Shown here: positions 9,025-17,562 of the stretch, piece by piece | Layout of the letters: every line of letters starts with the position of its first letter | Position numbering within the stretch: position 1 is the stretch's first letter | Notes under the pieces: generated by a model | The model's database searches: none | What the model saw: only the letters and a program-made list of their open reading frames with translations | What the model was told of the DNA's origin: nothing | Virus record (IMG/VR): IMGVR_UViG_3300025413_001239 | Direction: 5' to 3' (one strand) | Length of the DNA stretch: 64,000 nucleotides | Source: a virus | Taxonomy: Duplodnaviria > Caudoviricetes | Position numbers and translations under genes: made by a program

Positions 9025-12000
9025 ATGGCTAAACAAAATTTAACAATATTCCAAAAATTGGGTCAAATACTAGGTCCAGAAGGAGTAAAACAAAAACAAC
9101 AATTACCAGCTCAAAATCAACCGCAAAGATACAACATTGGTAAGGATGTCTTATTAAAGACTGATGACAAAAAAGCTTATGAATTAGCTAAACTACAAGC
9201 ACAACAAAATAAGTACTTGGGTCAAGTTTGGAAAAAAGTTGAACACGGACTTTTTCAACAAGCTGTTAACTATGAAACCACACGTATTGGTTCTTATTCT
9301 GATTTTGAATCGATGGAATTTTATCCAGAAATAGCTGCTGCTTTAGACATTATGATGGAAGAATCGACTACACTTAATGGTAATGGTCGTATGGTTAATG
9401 TTTATTCTGATAGTGTTAGGGTTAAGGGTATTATTGAAGACCTTTTATTTAATAGGCTTGATATGCATACATCATTACCAATGTGGACCAGAAATACTCC
9501 AATACGTGAAGATAGTATTATACCATTATTAGATGGTACTGAAATTACTATCAAGGAACTATCTAATAGAGTTAAAAATGGTGAAGAAATATGGTCTTAT
9601 GCAATTCAAGATGTTACCAAGGCAATTGTACCAAGTAAAATAATTTGGTGTGACCTTACTAGAAAGGATAGTGAATTATATCGAGTAACACTTGATGATG
9701 GTTCATATATTGATACAACACCAGACCATGAATATATGCTTAGAGATGGTTCATATAAAAGAGCTGATGAATTAACTGAAGGACAGTCTTTAATGCCTTT
9801 TTATACTAGAAAAAGTGAAAAGAAAAAAGATTGTATTGTAGGTTATGAAAAAATTTATAATCCAAGTACAACTAAATATAAGTTTACTCATTCTTTAGTT
9901 GCACATGAGTTATCAAATTGGAAAAATAGTAAATTTATAGAACAAACCAAAAAAGGTATGACTATAGAAATTACCGATGATTGTTTTGATTATATTTCAA
10001 CTATAATAAAAAATAATGAAAATTATGTTGGTGTAAATAAATTAACTAAATTACTTAGAGCTGATTCTAATTTTATTACGTTGTTTAAAGAAAATTATTC
10101 TTTAAAAAAAGATATTATTAAATCTATTAACCCAACAACATTAACTAAAGTATTATTTAGAAAAACAAATCAGAATTATTTTGATTTTGTTTTATCAATA
10201 AAACCAAGTTTAGTATTAGATAAATCATATATCAAAGCTAAAGCAATTTATTTAGGTAAAACTAAATCAAACGTATTATTAAATCATAAAGTTGTTTCAA
10301 TTATTAAACTTTCAGAGACTTCTGATGTATATTGTTTAGAAGCGGTTGGACCTAATGGCGAACATGATAGACATAATTTTCCAGTGTTAGGTAAAGATGT
10401 AAATGGTTCAGTATCAAGAAGTTCTGGTGTATTTTTAGCCAACTGTAAATACGGTGATAATTTCGTTTATTTAAATATTTCAGATACTAATGGTGTTATA
10501 GGTGCAAAGCAAATGCCTAACTATGAAATGGAACGTAGAGATGGTGGTCTTTTTGATATGATTTCACAAAGAACTGATGAAGATTATAAAACAGATAAAA
10601 CTAAGTATTATTGGAGAGGTCGTGATGTTGAATTTAACTCATGGCAAATAGCACACTTTAGACTTCTTGGTGATGATAGAAGATTACCTTACGGTACATC
10701 GGTGCTAGAAAAAGCTAGAAGAATTTGGAAACAATTATTATTATCTGAAGATGCTATGCTTGTTTATCGTGTTACACGTGCACCTGAGCGTAGAATATAT
10801 AAAATATATGTTGGTAATATTGATGATAAGGACGTTGAAGCATACGTAAATGAAATTGCTAACAGGTTTAAAAGAACCCCAATGGTTGACCCACAAACTG
10901 GGCAAGTTGATTTAAGATATAATCAACTTTCAAATGACCAAGATTACTTTATTCCAGTTAGAAGTGAAGATGCTCCAAGTCCTATCGATACATTACCTGG
11001 TGCTTGTTTATCTTTGGATACGAGGATTCCACTATTAGATGGTAGAATACTTGAACTACAAGAAATTATTTCTGAATGGGATAATGGTAATAAGGACATG
11101 TGGGTTTATTCTGTTGACCCTCAAACTGGTGCATCAACAGTTGGTCCAATCACTTGGGCTGGAGTTACACGTAAAAATACTCAAGTTTTGAAGATAACCC
11201 TTGATAACGGTAAATCAATAACTACAACACCAGACCATAAGTTTGTACATAGAACCAATGGGTTTGTGGAGGCACAAAATCTTGTTATTGGTGATAGTCT
11301 GATGCCGTTTTATACTGATATCGCTAAAATAAAATCAAATTCTAATAATGGTTATCAGAGAATTTGGGATACGGCTACTCAAAAATGGGTTTTTACACAT
11401 AGATTAGTCAAAGAAATTTTATCCAATACTGGGTTAATAAAAGATTTTGAATTTGATACAAAATATATTGGTACTGATAAAAAAATAATACATCATAAGG
11501 ACCATAATAGATTTAATAACGCACCAAACAATTTGGTAATGATGAATGTTGGTGACCATATGAAATATCATCAATCAGTTATTAAAGAAACTATTTGGGC
11601 TAACCCAGAACTTAATAAGGCTAAAATTACACTTGGCGTTAATAAATTCATTTCAAATTTGACTGATGAGGAAAGAGCAATAAGGGCTAAAAAATCAAGA
11701 AATAATTCCGTTACCACAAGAGATAAGGCTAATAAAACGTTTAATGGCAATATTAATAAAGTAGAAATTATTTCAAAAAGAGGTAAGGCTATTGCTGAAG
11801 CAAAGTCAATCCCAGAGTTTAAAGAAAAATTATCTAAGATAGCAGCTAATAATTGGCTAGTTGATGGTTATAAAGAAAGAGTATTCTCAAAAAAACAAAC
11901 ACTTACTTTTTCCGAAAATCTTTATATGATGTTTTTTGAGATGTTTAAACAGCATGGTAAAGCTGATGCTACACTTGCTGAATTAAATCAATCGATTGAG

Positions 12001-13362
12001 TTCATGAACGAATTCACTTCTAGTAATCGAGACATTAGAAGTTCAATTACTAATTTTAATGAATTTACACATAATCATCTTGAAAAGATGTTAAAGAGGA
12101 GAGGATTTAAAAATTATCGTGATTGGTGCAAGGTAACCGCTAAACAACTGGGATACAAGAATGTTAGAGCTTGGAGGTACAGTATAGAAAAAGGCTCTAA
12201 AGTACTTCTATATAATCATAAGATTGTATCAATTGAATGGTTAACTGATTTACAAGATACAGGAACAATCACTGTTGATGGTGAGGAAAAATATCAATCA
12301 ACTCACACATTTGCTTGTGAATCAGGCATTTATGTAAAAAATTCTAATCTAGACCAAATTGCTGATATTGAATACTTACAAAAGAAATTATTTACAGCCT
12401 TAAGGGTACCGAAACCATTCTTAGGTTTTGAAGAAACAACTGGTGATGGTAAGAATTTAGCGTTACAGGATATTCGTTTTTCTAGAACAATCAATAGGAT
12501 TCAACAGGCCATGCTTCAAGAGCTTAATAAGATTGTTATTATACACTTATATTTACTAGGATTTGAAGATGATTTAGATAACTTTACTTTAACACTTAAT
12601 AATCCATCTACACAAGCTGAAATGCTTAAGGTTGAGCATTTACAATTGAAGATGACATTGTTCAAGGATGCTGTATCTGACGCTGGTAATGGCTTTGCTC
12701 CAATGTCAATGACTAGAGCTAAACGAGAAATTCTTGGTTGGGCCGATAATGATATTAAACAAGACCTTCTTGAACAACGTATGGAAAAAGCTGCCGCAGC
12801 TGAATTGGCTAACTCAGCAAATGTTATTAAGCATACTGGTATGTTTGACGTTGTTGATAGACTTTATGGTGATATGAAATTAGCACTTAAGGGTGGTGGA
12901 ACTCCACCAGAAGGTGCTGAAGGTGGTGCTGCTGGTGGTGCTGCTGGTGGTGCCGCTGGCGGTGGAGCTGGTGGCGGCGGTGGATTCGGTGGTGGTGGAA
13001 TTAGCCCAGAAGACTTAGATTTTGGAGCTGAAGGTGGTGAAACGCCAGAAGCTGGTGAGGCTGCTGGTGGTGAGGCTGCTGGTGGTGAAACACCAGCAGC
13101 TGGTGGTGAGGTCGCACCAGAAACGACTGCTGAAGCAATTATTAAAATTGAAAATTTATTAACTGAAAGTAAATCAAAAATTACTAAAAAGTTAAATGAT
13201 AGAACTGAAAAGTATAAAAATAGATTTTTTAATAATTTAATTGATATGGTTGACCATGAGCAAAAACCATTAGATAATGTGAAAATAATTGATAAAAACG
13301 TAAAAATTAATGAAACTGTTAATTCTATGATTAAAGACATTGATGATATGTTAAAAGATTAG
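9025..13362 (+). CDS. Portal protein (T4 gp20-like) containing two inteins; about 684 aa after splicing
   Basis: Portal motifs PYGTSVLEKARRIWKQL, EDAMLVYRVTRAPERRIYKIYVGN, DIEYLQKKLFTALRVPK; position between terL and the protease. Confidence 0.92.
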   Translation: MAKQNLTIFQKLGQILGPEGVKQKQQLPAQNQPQRYNIGKDVLLKTDDKKAYELAKLQAQQNKYLGQVWKKVEHGLFQQAVNYETTRIGSYSDFESMEFYPEIAAALDIMMEESTTLNGNGRMVNVYSDSVRVKGIIEDLLFNRLDMHTSLPMWTRNTPIREDSIIPLLDGTEITIKELSNRVKNGEEIWSYAIQDVTKAIVPSKIIWCDLTRKDSELYRVTLDDGSYIDTTPDHEYMLRDGSYKRADELTEGQSLMPFYTRKSEKKKDCIVGYEKIYNPSTTKYKFTHSLVAHELSNWKNSKFIEQTKKGMTIEITDDCFDYISTIIKNNENYVGVNKLTKLLRADSNFITLFKENYSLKKDIIKSINPTTLTKVLFRKTNQNYFDFVLSIKPSLVLDKSYIKAKAIYLGKTKSNVLLNHKVVSIIKLSETSDVYCLEAVGPNGEHDRHNFPVLGKDVNGSVSRSSGVFLANCKYGDNFVYLNISDTNGVIGAKQMPNYEMERRDGGLFDMISQRTDEDYKTDKTKYYWRGRDVEFNSWQIAHFRLLGDDRRLPYGTSVLEKARRIWKQLLLSEDAMLVYRVTRAPERRIYKIYVGNIDDKDVEAYVNEIANRFKRTPMVDPQTGQVDLRYNQLSNDQDYFIPVRSEDAPSPIDTLPGACLSLDTRIPLLDGRILELQEIISEWDNGNKDMWVYSVDPQTGASTVGPITWAGVTRKNTQVLKITLDNGKSITTTPDHKFVHRTNGFVEAQNLVIGDSLMPFYTDIAKIKSNSNNGYQRIWDTATQKWVFTHRLVKEILSNTGLIKDFEFDTKYIGTDKKIIHHKDHNRFNNAPNNLVMMNVGDHMKYHQSVIKETIWANPELNKAKITLGVNKFISNLTDEERAIRAKKSRNNSVTTRDKANKTFNGNINKVEIISKRGKAIAEAKSIPEFKEKLSKIAANNWLVDGYKERVFSKKQTLTFSENLYMMFFEMFKQHGKADATLAELNQSIEFMNEFTSSNRDIRSSITNFNEFTHNHLEKMLKRRGFKNYRDWCKVTAKQLGYKNVRAWRYSIEKGSKVLLYNHKIVSIEWLTDLQDTGTITVDGEEKYQSTHTFACESGIYVKNSNLDQIADIEYLQKKLFTALRVPKPFLGFEETTGDGKNLALQDIRFSRTINRIQQAMLQELNKIVIIHLYLLGFEDDLDNFTLTLNNPSTQAEMLKVEHLQLKMTLFKDAVSDAGNGFAPMSMTRAKREILGWADNDIKQDLLEQRMEKAAAAELANSANVIKHTGMFDVVDRLYGDMKLALKGGGTPPEGAEGGAAGGAAGGAAGGGAGGGGGFGGGGISPEDLDFGAEGGETPEAGEAAGGEAAGGETPAAGGEVAPETTAEAIIKIENLLTESKSKITKKLNDRTEKYKNRFFNNLIDMVDHEQKPLDNVKIIDKNVKINETVNSMIKDIDDMLKD
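9499..10443 (+). mobile_element. Intein 1 in portal (315 aa): Pro at position 1, class-3-like, endonuclease core missing
   Basis: Block A PIREDSIIPLLDG, block B TTPDH, block F VYCLE...HNF, C-terminus LAN followed by C. Removal restores WTRNT-CKYGD. Confidence 0.85.
11005..12342 (+). mobile_element. Intein 2 in portal (446 aa) with HNH endonuclease
   Basis: Block A CLSLDTRIPLLDG, block B TTPDH, HNH motif IHHKDHNRFNNAPNNL...H, C-terminus VKN followed by S. Removal restores TLPGA-SNLDQI. Confidence 0.92.
12892..13110 (+). repeat. Gly/Ala/Glu low-complexity coding repeat in the portal C-terminal tail
   Basis: Tandem GGTGGTGCTGCT and GCTGCTGGTGGTGAG units encoding GGAA and GGE(A/T)A repeats. Confidence 0.8.
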
Positions 13363-13408
13363 GAGTTTTTTCAAGACAAATAAGATATTTATTATTAAAT
13401 AAAAGAAC

Positions 13409-14179
13409 ATGCAGAATTTTGGTAATATAAAGAATATTTTCAATGATTTGTTAGCTGAGGGCATTTCTAAAAAAGATGTTAAAAGTAAAAAATTATTTAA
13501 AAAATACATTAAGACTATTAAGGAGAGTGAAATTCTAAAGACTCAATTTTTAGTTTATAATAACATTGAAAATAAAGTAGATAATGACGTAATTTCAGCT
13601 AATCTTTTTGTTTCTGAAAATATTAGATTAATGGAAAAATACCCTAAATCAGAAATATTAAAAGAAAACGAAAAATTAGTTAAGTTATTAGGTGAAAATA
13701 TTAACACTAGTGATTATGATTTATCTAAATTACATGAATCATTAACTCAATTAATTTTTACTGAAAGAAAGGCAAAGAATATAGAAAAGATTACATCTGA
13801 GATTAAGAATGTTTCAAATTTTATTGTTTCAAATAAACGTAAAGAAATTAAGGAAAGCATTGATTTACCAATAAGTTTTTTAACCAAATTTATTGTTCAA
13901 AGATACAACGAAAAATACAATACTCTGGACGAATCAGATAAGAAAATGTTAAAAATTATTCTTAATTCAAATTTAGATGAAAAAAAGAAAATCTATGCTG
14001 AAACTGTAAGTGAGTGTATAAGTTTAGTTAATAATTTAATTACTGAATCTGATGAAGAATCAAAGGATAAATTACTTAAGGTTAAGGTTAAACTTGAAGA
14101 AGTTGTTGATATAGACGATAGTAATTTTATTAATAAATTTTCTAAGATAGTTGAACTAAAAAATAATTTAGAAAAGTAA
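13409..14179 (+). CDS. Hypothetical helical protein, candidate prohead core component
   Basis: 256 aa with upstream ATATTTAT; lies between portal and protease. Confidence 0.75.
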   Translation: MQNFGNIKNIFNDLLAEGISKKDVKSKKLFKKYIKTIKESEILKTQFLVYNNIENKVDNDVISANLFVSENIRLMEKYPKSEILKENEKLVKLLGENINTSDYDLSKLHESLTQLIFTERKAKNIEKITSEIKNVSNFIVSNKRKEIKESIDLPISFLTKFIVQRYNEKYNTLDESDKKMLKIILNSNLDEKKKIYAETVSECISLVNNLITESDEESKDKLLKVKVKLEEVVDIDDSNFINKFSKIVELKNNLEK

Positions 14180-14192
14180 ATTAAAAACAATT

Positions 14193-14426
14193 ATGGCTTC
14201 TGAAAACATTTATAAATTGAGGGTATTGGTTGAGGAGCTTTCTAGACAAGATGATGAGAGTTTAAAAAGCGAAGAATACAAAGATATACTTAACAATATT
14301 AAATATGTATTTGATATTGAGACCAGTAAAATTAATAATGAGAATGATAAAGAAGATAGGTTAAGATGTTATGAAAAAATGTGTTCCACAATTCAAATAA
14401 TATTAAATAAAATTAAAATTGCTTAA
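14193..14426 (+). CDS. Hypothetical protein
   Basis: 77-aa ORF in operon context. Confidence 0.65.
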   Translation: MASENIYKLRVLVEELSRQDDESLKSEEYKDILNNIKYVFDIETSKINNENDKEDRLRCYEKMCSTIQIILNKIKIA

Positions 14427-14429
14427 AAA

Positions 14430-14768
14430 ATGCCAAACGAAGAAACATGGGGTGATTACAGCAAGTTAGTGTTAAGGGAACTTGAAAGACTTAATGATAA
14501 CTATGAAAAAATGAGAGAAGATATTGATTCTCGTTTTAAAGAAATGAATACTGTACTTTCAGAATTTAAAAATACTGAAAAAGTTGTAAATGACCATAAA
14601 ATTTGGATTGAAAAAGTTAATGATGTTTGGTCACCAGCTCAAATGAAAGAAGCTAAAGATGAAATATATGCACAAAAGAATAAGTGGGTGGCTACAATTG
14701 CCGTTATGACATTTTTAGAAATATTAATAGGTGTAATTTTATCACTATGGGGTAAAATTAAATTCTAA
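14430..14768 (+). CDS. Coiled-coil protein with one C-terminal transmembrane helix (holin- or XhlA-like topology)
   Basis: Hydrophobic stretch WVATIAVMTFLEILIGVILSLW after a heptad-like region. Confidence 0.55.
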   Translation: MPNEETWGDYSKLVLRELERLNDNYEKMREDIDSRFKEMNTVLSEFKNTEKVVNDHKIWIEKVNDVWSPAQMKEAKDEIYAQKNKWVATIAVMTFLEILIGVILSLWGKIKF

Positions 14769-14774
14769 AATTAC

Positions 14775-14803
14775 TTGACCTATTCAATTTTTTTCACTAT
14801 ACT
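14775..14803 (+). promoter_or_regulatory. Host-sigma (early/middle) promoter
   Basis: TTGACC-N17-TATACT, 18 nt before the ATG at 14822. Confidence 0.65.
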
Positions 14804-14821
14804 TGTATAAAAATACCAGGT

Positions 14822-15262
14822 ATGAAAAAAGGAAAAGAATTAAAGGTTAACACATTTAAAAATTATAATGTATTTTACGGTAGCGTAAATAACAAAGAAC
14901 CCAAAGCATTATATATTAATATATCTGCTTGGGCTCAACCTGAAGAGGATGATGATATAAATTACTTTAGAGTAATAAGAGATTTAGATAAGAAGATTAG
15001 ACAAACAGTTTATAACGAATTATCTCAAAATTACAATTTATTTTTAAAGGAAAGAACAATTGTTGATTTTGATATAAGAGAGTCTGGGGTTAGATATGGT
15101 AAGCGTAGTTTTACAAATTGTGAGATTACATTATTCATGAAATATGAAACCCCAATTAATTCTGAAGAAATAAAATTAATATTAGAAAATTTAATTAAAA
15201 CGATTATTGAAAATAACTTTGATAATTGTGACAAATTTAAATTTCATAAAAAGAAGAAATAA
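14822..15262 (+). CDS. Hypothetical protein
   Basis: 146-aa ORF with its own promoter and terminator. Confidence 0.75.
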   Translation: MKKGKELKVNTFKNYNVFYGSVNNKEPKALYINISAWAQPEEDDDINYFRVIRDLDKKIRQTVYNELSQNYNLFLKERTIVDFDIRESGVRYGKRSFTNCEITLFMKYETPINSEEIKLILENLIKTIIENNFDNCDKFKFHKKKK

Positions 15263-15268
15263 GTAAAG

Positions 15269-15294
15269 AAACCTCAATTTTTGAGGTTTTTTTT
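15269..15294 (+). terminator. Rho-independent terminator
   Basis: AAACCTCA / TGAGGTTT stem followed by a T run. Confidence 0.7.
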
Positions 15295-15328
15295 ATTTAC
15301 AACCATATTTATTGTAATAAGAATAATT

Positions 15329-16018
15329 ATGGATGTAAAAATATTAAAAGCTGGTGAAAGTGGTTTTGGGGTAATGATTGAACATGACGCTGGGTTCATT
15401 TCACCAACTGATGTTAGAAATCAAAATCTTATTAGAGAATTTAAAAATATGGATATTGGTGATGCCAGTACCATTACCGTATATGTTGTTCTTCAAAAAT
15501 ATGGTGTAAAAAATAGAAATGGTAGAATTTATCCAGAACAAATCCTTAAAACACAAAACGAAATTTATCAACAAGCTATTAGAGAAAGAAGAGCTTTAGG
15601 TGAATTAGACCACCCAGAAACATCTATTATTTCTGGTGATAGAATATCACACAACATTATTGAAACATGGTGGGAAGGTCATACTCTTATGGGTAAGATG
15701 GAAATTCCTATGACTAGAGGTTTTGTAAAATTAGGTATCGTATCAACTAAAGGTGATTTAGTCGCACATTACTTAGAGCATAACTATATGATTGGTGTAT
15801 CATCAAGAGGTGTTGGTTCTTTAAAAGAAGTTAAGGGTGATTTTATCGTACAAGATGATTTCGAACTTATTTGTTGGGATATCGTTACGGCACCGAGCAC
15901 TCCAGGGTCATGGATTTTTAAAGATAAAGCAGAAGCTAGACCTTATGTTGAAAATTTCTCAATAAACAAACCAAAACTTAATGAAACTTTAGATAATTTT
16001 TTATCTGATATTATTTAA
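15329..16018 (+). CDS. Prohead core protease (T4 gp21-like)
   Basis: Motifs NRNGRIYP, ALGELDHP, RISH, IGVSSRGVGSL, WDIVTAPSTPGS. ATG at 15329 preferred over the TTG at 15281. Confidence 0.92.
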   Translation: MDVKILKAGESGFGVMIEHDAGFISPTDVRNQNLIREFKNMDIGDASTITVYVVLQKYGVKNRNGRIYPEQILKTQNEIYQQAIRERRALGELDHPETSIISGDRISHNIIETWWEGHTLMGKMEIPMTRGFVKLGIVSTKGDLVAHYLEHNYMIGVSSRGVGSLKEVKGDFIVQDDFELICWDIVTAPSTPGSWIFKDKAEARPYVENFSINKPKLNETLDNFLSDII

Positions 16019-16114
16019 TTTTTTTTTAAAAAAAATGATTTTTTAAATAATTACACATATTTATAATGTAAGTAGGTAACACTACACAATAAAAGTTAAA
16101 ACAACCCAATTAAA

Positions 16115-17545
16115 ATGGCAGAAAAAAAATCAATTTTAGAAGAGGCTTTATTAGATGTTAAAAAAATCCAAGAAGCTTTAGATGCCAACGCCAAAGAAAT
16201 ACTTCGTTCTTTAACGAAAGAAGAAATTGATGGTATGTTGAAAGAATCACTTGAAGATGAGAGTGATTATGAAGAAGAAACTGTTAGCGATGATGATGAA
16301 TCAACTGAACCAGAAGAAGATGAAGAATCAACTGAAGGTGACGAAGATGAAATTGAAATCGGTGACGAAGATTCTGATGATGATGACGAAGAAGATATTG
16401 ACTCCTTAGAGAATGTTGGCGATGACGACCAAGAAGATGAAATGGACATAGATGATATGTCAGATGAGGATGAAATTGACATGACAGATGCATCTGATGA
16501 TGATGTTATCGCTATTTACAAGAAATTGAGTGGTGATGACGAAATTGAAATCGTAGGTGATGAAATTCACATGAACATTTCTCAACCAGGTGAATACATT
16601 GTTAAAAAAGGAGCTTTAGGTGGTGGAGCAGTAGCTGCAACAGCTGAACCAGAATTTGATGATGAATTTGGTGATGAATTAGATGAAGAAATGGATGAGT
16701 CTGAAGAAGATGAGTCTGAAGAAGATGAGTCTGAAGGTTTAACTTACGAAATCGCAATGGATGACGAAGACACTATGACTGAAGAGGAAGAAGAAGACGA
16801 ATCTATGTACGAATCTGAAGAAGATGACGAAGAAGATGAATCTATGAACGAATCTGAGGAAGATGAATCTATGAACGAATCTGAGGAAGATGATGAGGAA
16901 GAAGAAGATGAATCTATGAACGAATCTGAAGATGATGAGGAAGAAGATGAAACTATGACTGAAGAAGAGGAAGAAGAAGATGAAACAATCGAAGAAAAAA
17001 TTGGTGTTGGTATTGGGATGAGTGTGGGTAATCACCGTAATCCAACTGCGAATACAAAAGCTCCAATGAATCCGAAAGCTAAAAACGAATCTACATCAGC
17101 TAAAAAAGTTCTTTCAGAAACTGAAGTTAAGTACAAAAAGTTATTACAAGAGTCTACACAACTTAAGACTGAAAATGAAGAATTTAGAAAAGCTCTTAAG
17201 AAATTTAGAAATATGTTAGTTGAAACTGTAGTGTTCAATTCTAATTTAAGTTATGTAACTAAATTATTCATGGAACATGCAACAACTAAAGAAGAAAAAC
17301 AAACAATTATAAAAAGATTTGATGAGGAAGTAACTAACCTTAAAGAATCTAAAAAGTTATACAAAACTATTGTTAATGAATTAGGTGCAAGAAAACCTAT
17401 GACAGAATCAGTAGACAGAAAAATAAATAATTTGGTTACCACAAGCACTTCAAAACAATTAAATGAAGCAACAGCTTATGTTGACCCTTCTACTCAAAGA
17501 ATTAAGGATTTAATTTCTAGAGTGGAAAATAAGGATAAATACTAA
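16115..17545 (+). CDS. Highly acidic prohead scaffold (T4 gp22-like position)
   Basis: D/E-dominated central region and coiled-coil C-terminus; lies directly between protease and MCP. Confidence 0.75.
   Translation: MAEKKSILEEALLDVKKIQEALDANAKEILRSLTKEEIDGMLKESLEDESDYEEETVSDDDESTEPEEDEESTEGDEDEIEIGDEDSDDDDEEDIDSLENVGDDDQEDEMDIDDMSDEDEIDMTDASDDDVIAIYKKLSGDDEIEIVGDEIHMNISQPGEYIVKKGALGGGAVAATAEPEFDDEFGDELDEEMDESEEDESEEDESEGLTYEIAMDDEDTMTEEEEEDESMYESEEDDEEDESMNESEEDESMNESEEDDEEEEDESMNESEDDEEEDETMTEEEEEEDETIEEKIGVGIGMSVGNHRNPTANTKAPMNPKAKNESTSAKKVLSETEVKYKKLLQESTQLKTENEEFRKALKKFRNMLVETVVFNSNLSYVTKLFMEHATTKEEKQTIIKRFDEEVTNLKESKKLYKTIVNELGARKPMTESVDRKINNLVTTSTSKQLNEATAYVDPSTQRIKDLISRVENKDKY
16690..16990 (+). 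repeat. Acidic coding repeats in the scaffold
   Basis: GATGAGTCTGAA x3 and GAATCTATGAACGAATCTGA x3, encoding DESE and ESMNESE. Confidence 0.8.
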
Positions 17546-17562
17546 AATAAAATTAAAAAACT

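Noticed and set aside
14430-14768. Firm holin call
   Set aside because: A single transmembrane helix fits, but no endolysin is adjacent; kept as a topology description only.
16690-16990. CRISPR-like array
   Set aside because: The repeats are in-frame coding units without unique constant-length spacers; no cas genes.
16267-17448. Minus-strand ORFs over the scaffold (also 12864..13340 over the portal)
   Set aside because: They are shadows of low-complexity or biased coding sequence on the opposite strand.
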